From positions 22,260,001 to 22,324,000 of the forward strand of contig OZ076409.1 of assembly GCA_964187785.1 (NCBI GenBank): a stretch of DNA of 64,000 bases, read 5' to 3'. How positions within the stretch are numbered: position 1 is the stretch's first letter; every line of letters starts with the position of its first letter. This document shows, piece by piece, positions 61,671 through 64,000 of the stretch. A program made the translations under genes and the position numbers. The notes beneath the pieces are model-generated. The model did not search any database. It worked only from the letters and a program-made list of their open reading frames with translations, and was not told the DNA's origin. Source of the stretch: Amphiscolops sp. MND2022 (taxonomy: Eukaryota).

Positions 61671-62034
61671 ACGTCTCTTAAAGCTCGATGTTTTGTTGTA
61701 TATGTGTTTGTTTGTTCTTGCGCGTGCGTTAAATTTGACATTTTTTAAATTTTGGCCAACTTCTCATTACGTTTCACTTATTGGCTTCTAAATAGGCATT
61801 TTTTCATACAGTACTTCGGTTCTCATTTATACTCATCAGGCTAACCCCTCTGTGACGTGTTGCGTATACAAGTTTGTTTCCGGACCATTTATATAAATAC
61901 CTTCTTCATATAATTTATGTTGTTGATTTTGTTTTTTTTTTACTATTTGGAATCTTCATCAATCTTAGAGTAGTTTTAATTGCTTCTGTGACACGTTTAA
62001 TTCTTGTTGCATTGCGTTTGTTGCAGATTATGCC

Positions 62035-64000
62035 ATGGGGTTCAATCCTGAGCAGTACTATAGTGTAAATCGAATGCCACAAAGACGTAGTCTGTTGCGA
62101 GCGGCCAGCAGAGACTATGAAGTGTACTTCACGGACATTGAAAGTGTGCTGGATCGAATTAAAGAGATTTTCAACCACCTCATCAACAAATTGATATCTG
62201 AGATACAGCAAGATCTTCCTGGTCATTCACACAGAATTCGATTGGTATTGAATGCGCCTACCATCAACTATCCTATTCATATCCCATTCTCGTCCGTAGC
62301 GGATTTCAACGCCGAACTGATTCTCGATGAAATTGACAGGGTCGTTAATTCCAACGAGTCATTTGATATTAGCAACAATATAAAAGTCAACGTTTTGAAG
62401 GTTTCTTTACCAACAATGGGCGGGAACCGGCTTGGAGGCATACAGAGCAGGACTGTTCCCGATATCAAGCTCTTCACGAAACAAAAGAAGTCAATAATTG
62501 TAATCAAAAGTGACCAGAACGATTGTCTTTTGCGGGCCATAGCAATTGGCATCAAAGTTAAGGAGCGATCTCCCCGGCCGCCTAGTAAAAGAAAAACGAC
62601 AAAAAACTTGCACCTGGATCGGGCTTCCGTGCAAACGCGTGAAATGCAGCATTTGATAGCCCTTCTGAAATCTGATCCAAGCATCCCCCAAGACGAATTG
62701 CAGACAATTTTGGCTGGTGGTGCTTCCTCGAAAAGACTTCCCACCTCTGCCTTTGACGACTCCTCTACTGGGTTGCTTCACCATCAGACAGCTCAAACCT
62801 CTCCTGCTTCTGGTAAACCTCTTGCTCTACAAGATTTAGAATTTTTATCTCAGTCGCAAGTGTTGAAAGACTTTTGTTTATCTGTTTACGATAGCAACTT
62901 GATGGGCACTTTCCTTAAATGTTATAATCAGGAAGCACAGCAGAAAATCGACCTTTTGTATGATGCTCAAAACAGACATGTAGATTTAGTTACCTCAATG
63001 AAAGGACTATTCGATGCTCGCCACTACTGTTACAGTTGTCACAAGGCCTTTTTCACAGTGAAGCATTTATGCTCTGCCAGTGGTTGTTTGCTGTGTCGGC
63101 AGCCTGGCTGTCTCAATAAGACCGGTTTCATCAACCTTTCGCCGCTCAATTGGACTACCTCGTCCAATGACTTGTCAAAGACCCCTCGCCAGTCACCGGT
63201 TTTCCAGTGTGATAGATGCAGGATAAAGGTACGAAGCCAAAAGTGTCTGGATTGCCATGTTACCTCTGGGGTGTGTCATTTGTACACTTTGTGCCCTACA
63301 TGCGACAATACTGTACCTAAGCGAGCTTTCTCCAATCACATTTGCTCAAAAAAACGCTGTTCTACATGCTCCGTCCATTACTCATTGTCAGACCGTAAAA
63401 ACACCTCTTCGCCTTCATCGGAACATCAATGTTTCGTACAAAAACCGAAGAGATGTATAGAGCGAGAAATACCGAATGGTGATACCAATAACGAATTTCC
63501 TGATTGTGAAATATTGGGCGGAGAGAATTATCGTGAAGAAGTTGAGAAAGAAGATCCGATGACGCAAATCAAACGCAGGAAAATGAGCAACGCTCCAGTC
63601 GATGACGATGGTACTGTTACGTCCCGTGACCAGCCAGCAAACAACTTTGCACGAGCTCCCTTGGATGACAAAATTTGGGTTTTTGACATAGAAACTGACC
63701 AGAGTTGTGGCAATGAAGGGCTACATAAACCAATTCTACTGGCAGCAGAGTCTTTGACAGGTGATGAAGTTATTTACTGTGGCTACGATTGTATAAACGA
63801 TTTTTGTGAGGATGTTTTTGCTAGTGTTGAAAGGGTTCGTCAAACTGAATGGTTTATTGCCCATTTTGGCAGTGGGTTCGATTTCCTACCAATCCTGGAA
63901 TGGCTCTACAAACAACACAAATATGTTCCCAAAATTTTGCTCAGAGGTAACAAGGTTGTGTCAATGCGTGTGGGGAATAAACGATTCATTGACTCTTATC
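62035..64000 (+). CDS. Protein-primed family B DNA polymerase (Polinton-type), N-terminal 655 aa; truncated by window end
   Basis: Hand-translated with no stop. Terminal-protein-like region (RIRLVL..YPIHIPF...IDRVVNSNESF...PTMGG), KKSIIVIKSDQNDCLLRAI, RHVDLVTSMKGLF, Cys-rich Zn region, ExoI VFDIET (63679-96), ExoII IAHFGSGFDF, RFIDSY. Confidence 0.9.
   Translation, partial: MGFNPEQYYSVNRMPQRRSLLRAASRDYEVYFTDIESVLDRIKEIFNHLINKLISEIQQDLPGHSHRIRLVLNAPTINYPIHIPFSSVADFNAELILDEIDRVVNSNESFDISNNIKVNVLKVSLPTMGGNRLGGIQSRTVPDIKLFTKQKKSIIVIKSDQNDCLLRAIAIGIKVKERSPRPPSKRKTTKNLHLDRASVQTREMQHLIALLKSDPSIPQDELQTILAGGASSKRLPTSAFDDSSTGLLHHQTAQTSPASGKPLALQDLEFLSQSQVLKDFCLSVYDSNLMGTFLKCYNQEAQQKIDLLYDAQNRHVDLVTSMKGLFDARHYCYSCHKAFFTVKHLCSASGCLLCRQPGCLNKTGFINLSPLNWTTSSNDLSKTPRQSPVFQCDRCRIKVRSQKCLDCHVTSGVCHLYTLCPTCDNTVPKRAFSNHICSKKRCSTCSVHYSLSDRKNTSSPSSEHQCFVQKPKRCIEREIPNGDTNNEFPDCEILGGENYREEVEKEDPMTQIKRRKMSNAPVDDDGTVTSRDQPANNFARAPLDDKIWVFDIETDQSCGNEGLHKPILLAAESLTGDEVIYCGYDCINDFCEDVFASVERVRQTEWFIAHFGSGFDFLPILEWLYKQHKYVPKILLRGNKVVSMRVGNKRFIDSY

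Larger units (their letters stand above)
54600..64000 (+). mobile_element. Polinton/Maverick-like (pPolB-encoding) element or endogenous virus, partial; left boundary approximate
   Basis: Co-oriented compact genes ending in a protein-primed PolB; PC4-like gene; no host MITEs seen in the segment. TIR, integrase and capsid genes are not visible in the window. Confidence 0.7.

Noticed and set aside
62277..63713. Short ORFs listed in the track over the last 2 kb
   Set aside because: They overlap the pPolB frame in other frames or on the other strand.

Overview
AT-rich, intron-containing animal (invertebrate-like) genomic DNA. Host genes: a + strand FHL-like gene (half-LIM, a Pro/Ser/Lys linker, then 4 LIM domains) with six coding exons over about 31 kb (9877-41188; first exon not found); an intronless antisense heparan sulfate 3-O-sulfotransferase-like gene nested in its last intron; and a 6-exon POC1 gene on the - strand. 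The first observed LIM intron holds a degenerate Ty3/Gypsy LTR retrotransposon (10222-20202, TSD CAAGT) with a second Gypsy element nested inside it (11275-15208, identical LTRs, TSD GTAGG). The nested element has no tRNA primer-binding site. Instead a perfect 36-nt inverted copy of its own LTR sits in self-priming geometry, followed by an in-frame duplicate of its integrase C-terminus that replaces the Gag N-terminus. From about 54.6 kb to the window end lies a Polinton/Maverick-like module: a spliced, divergent SPRY+SOCS-box (SPSB/Gustavus-like) gene whose intron holds 23 palindromic 156-bp repeats, a PC4-like ssDNA-binding protein gene, and an open protein-primed DNA polymerase B ORF that is missing from the ORF track because it runs off the window. 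The rest is Helentron-type (HINE/DINE-1-like) non-autonomous elements, CCC...GGG foldback MITEs and satellites. All calls are by eye; no database search was run.
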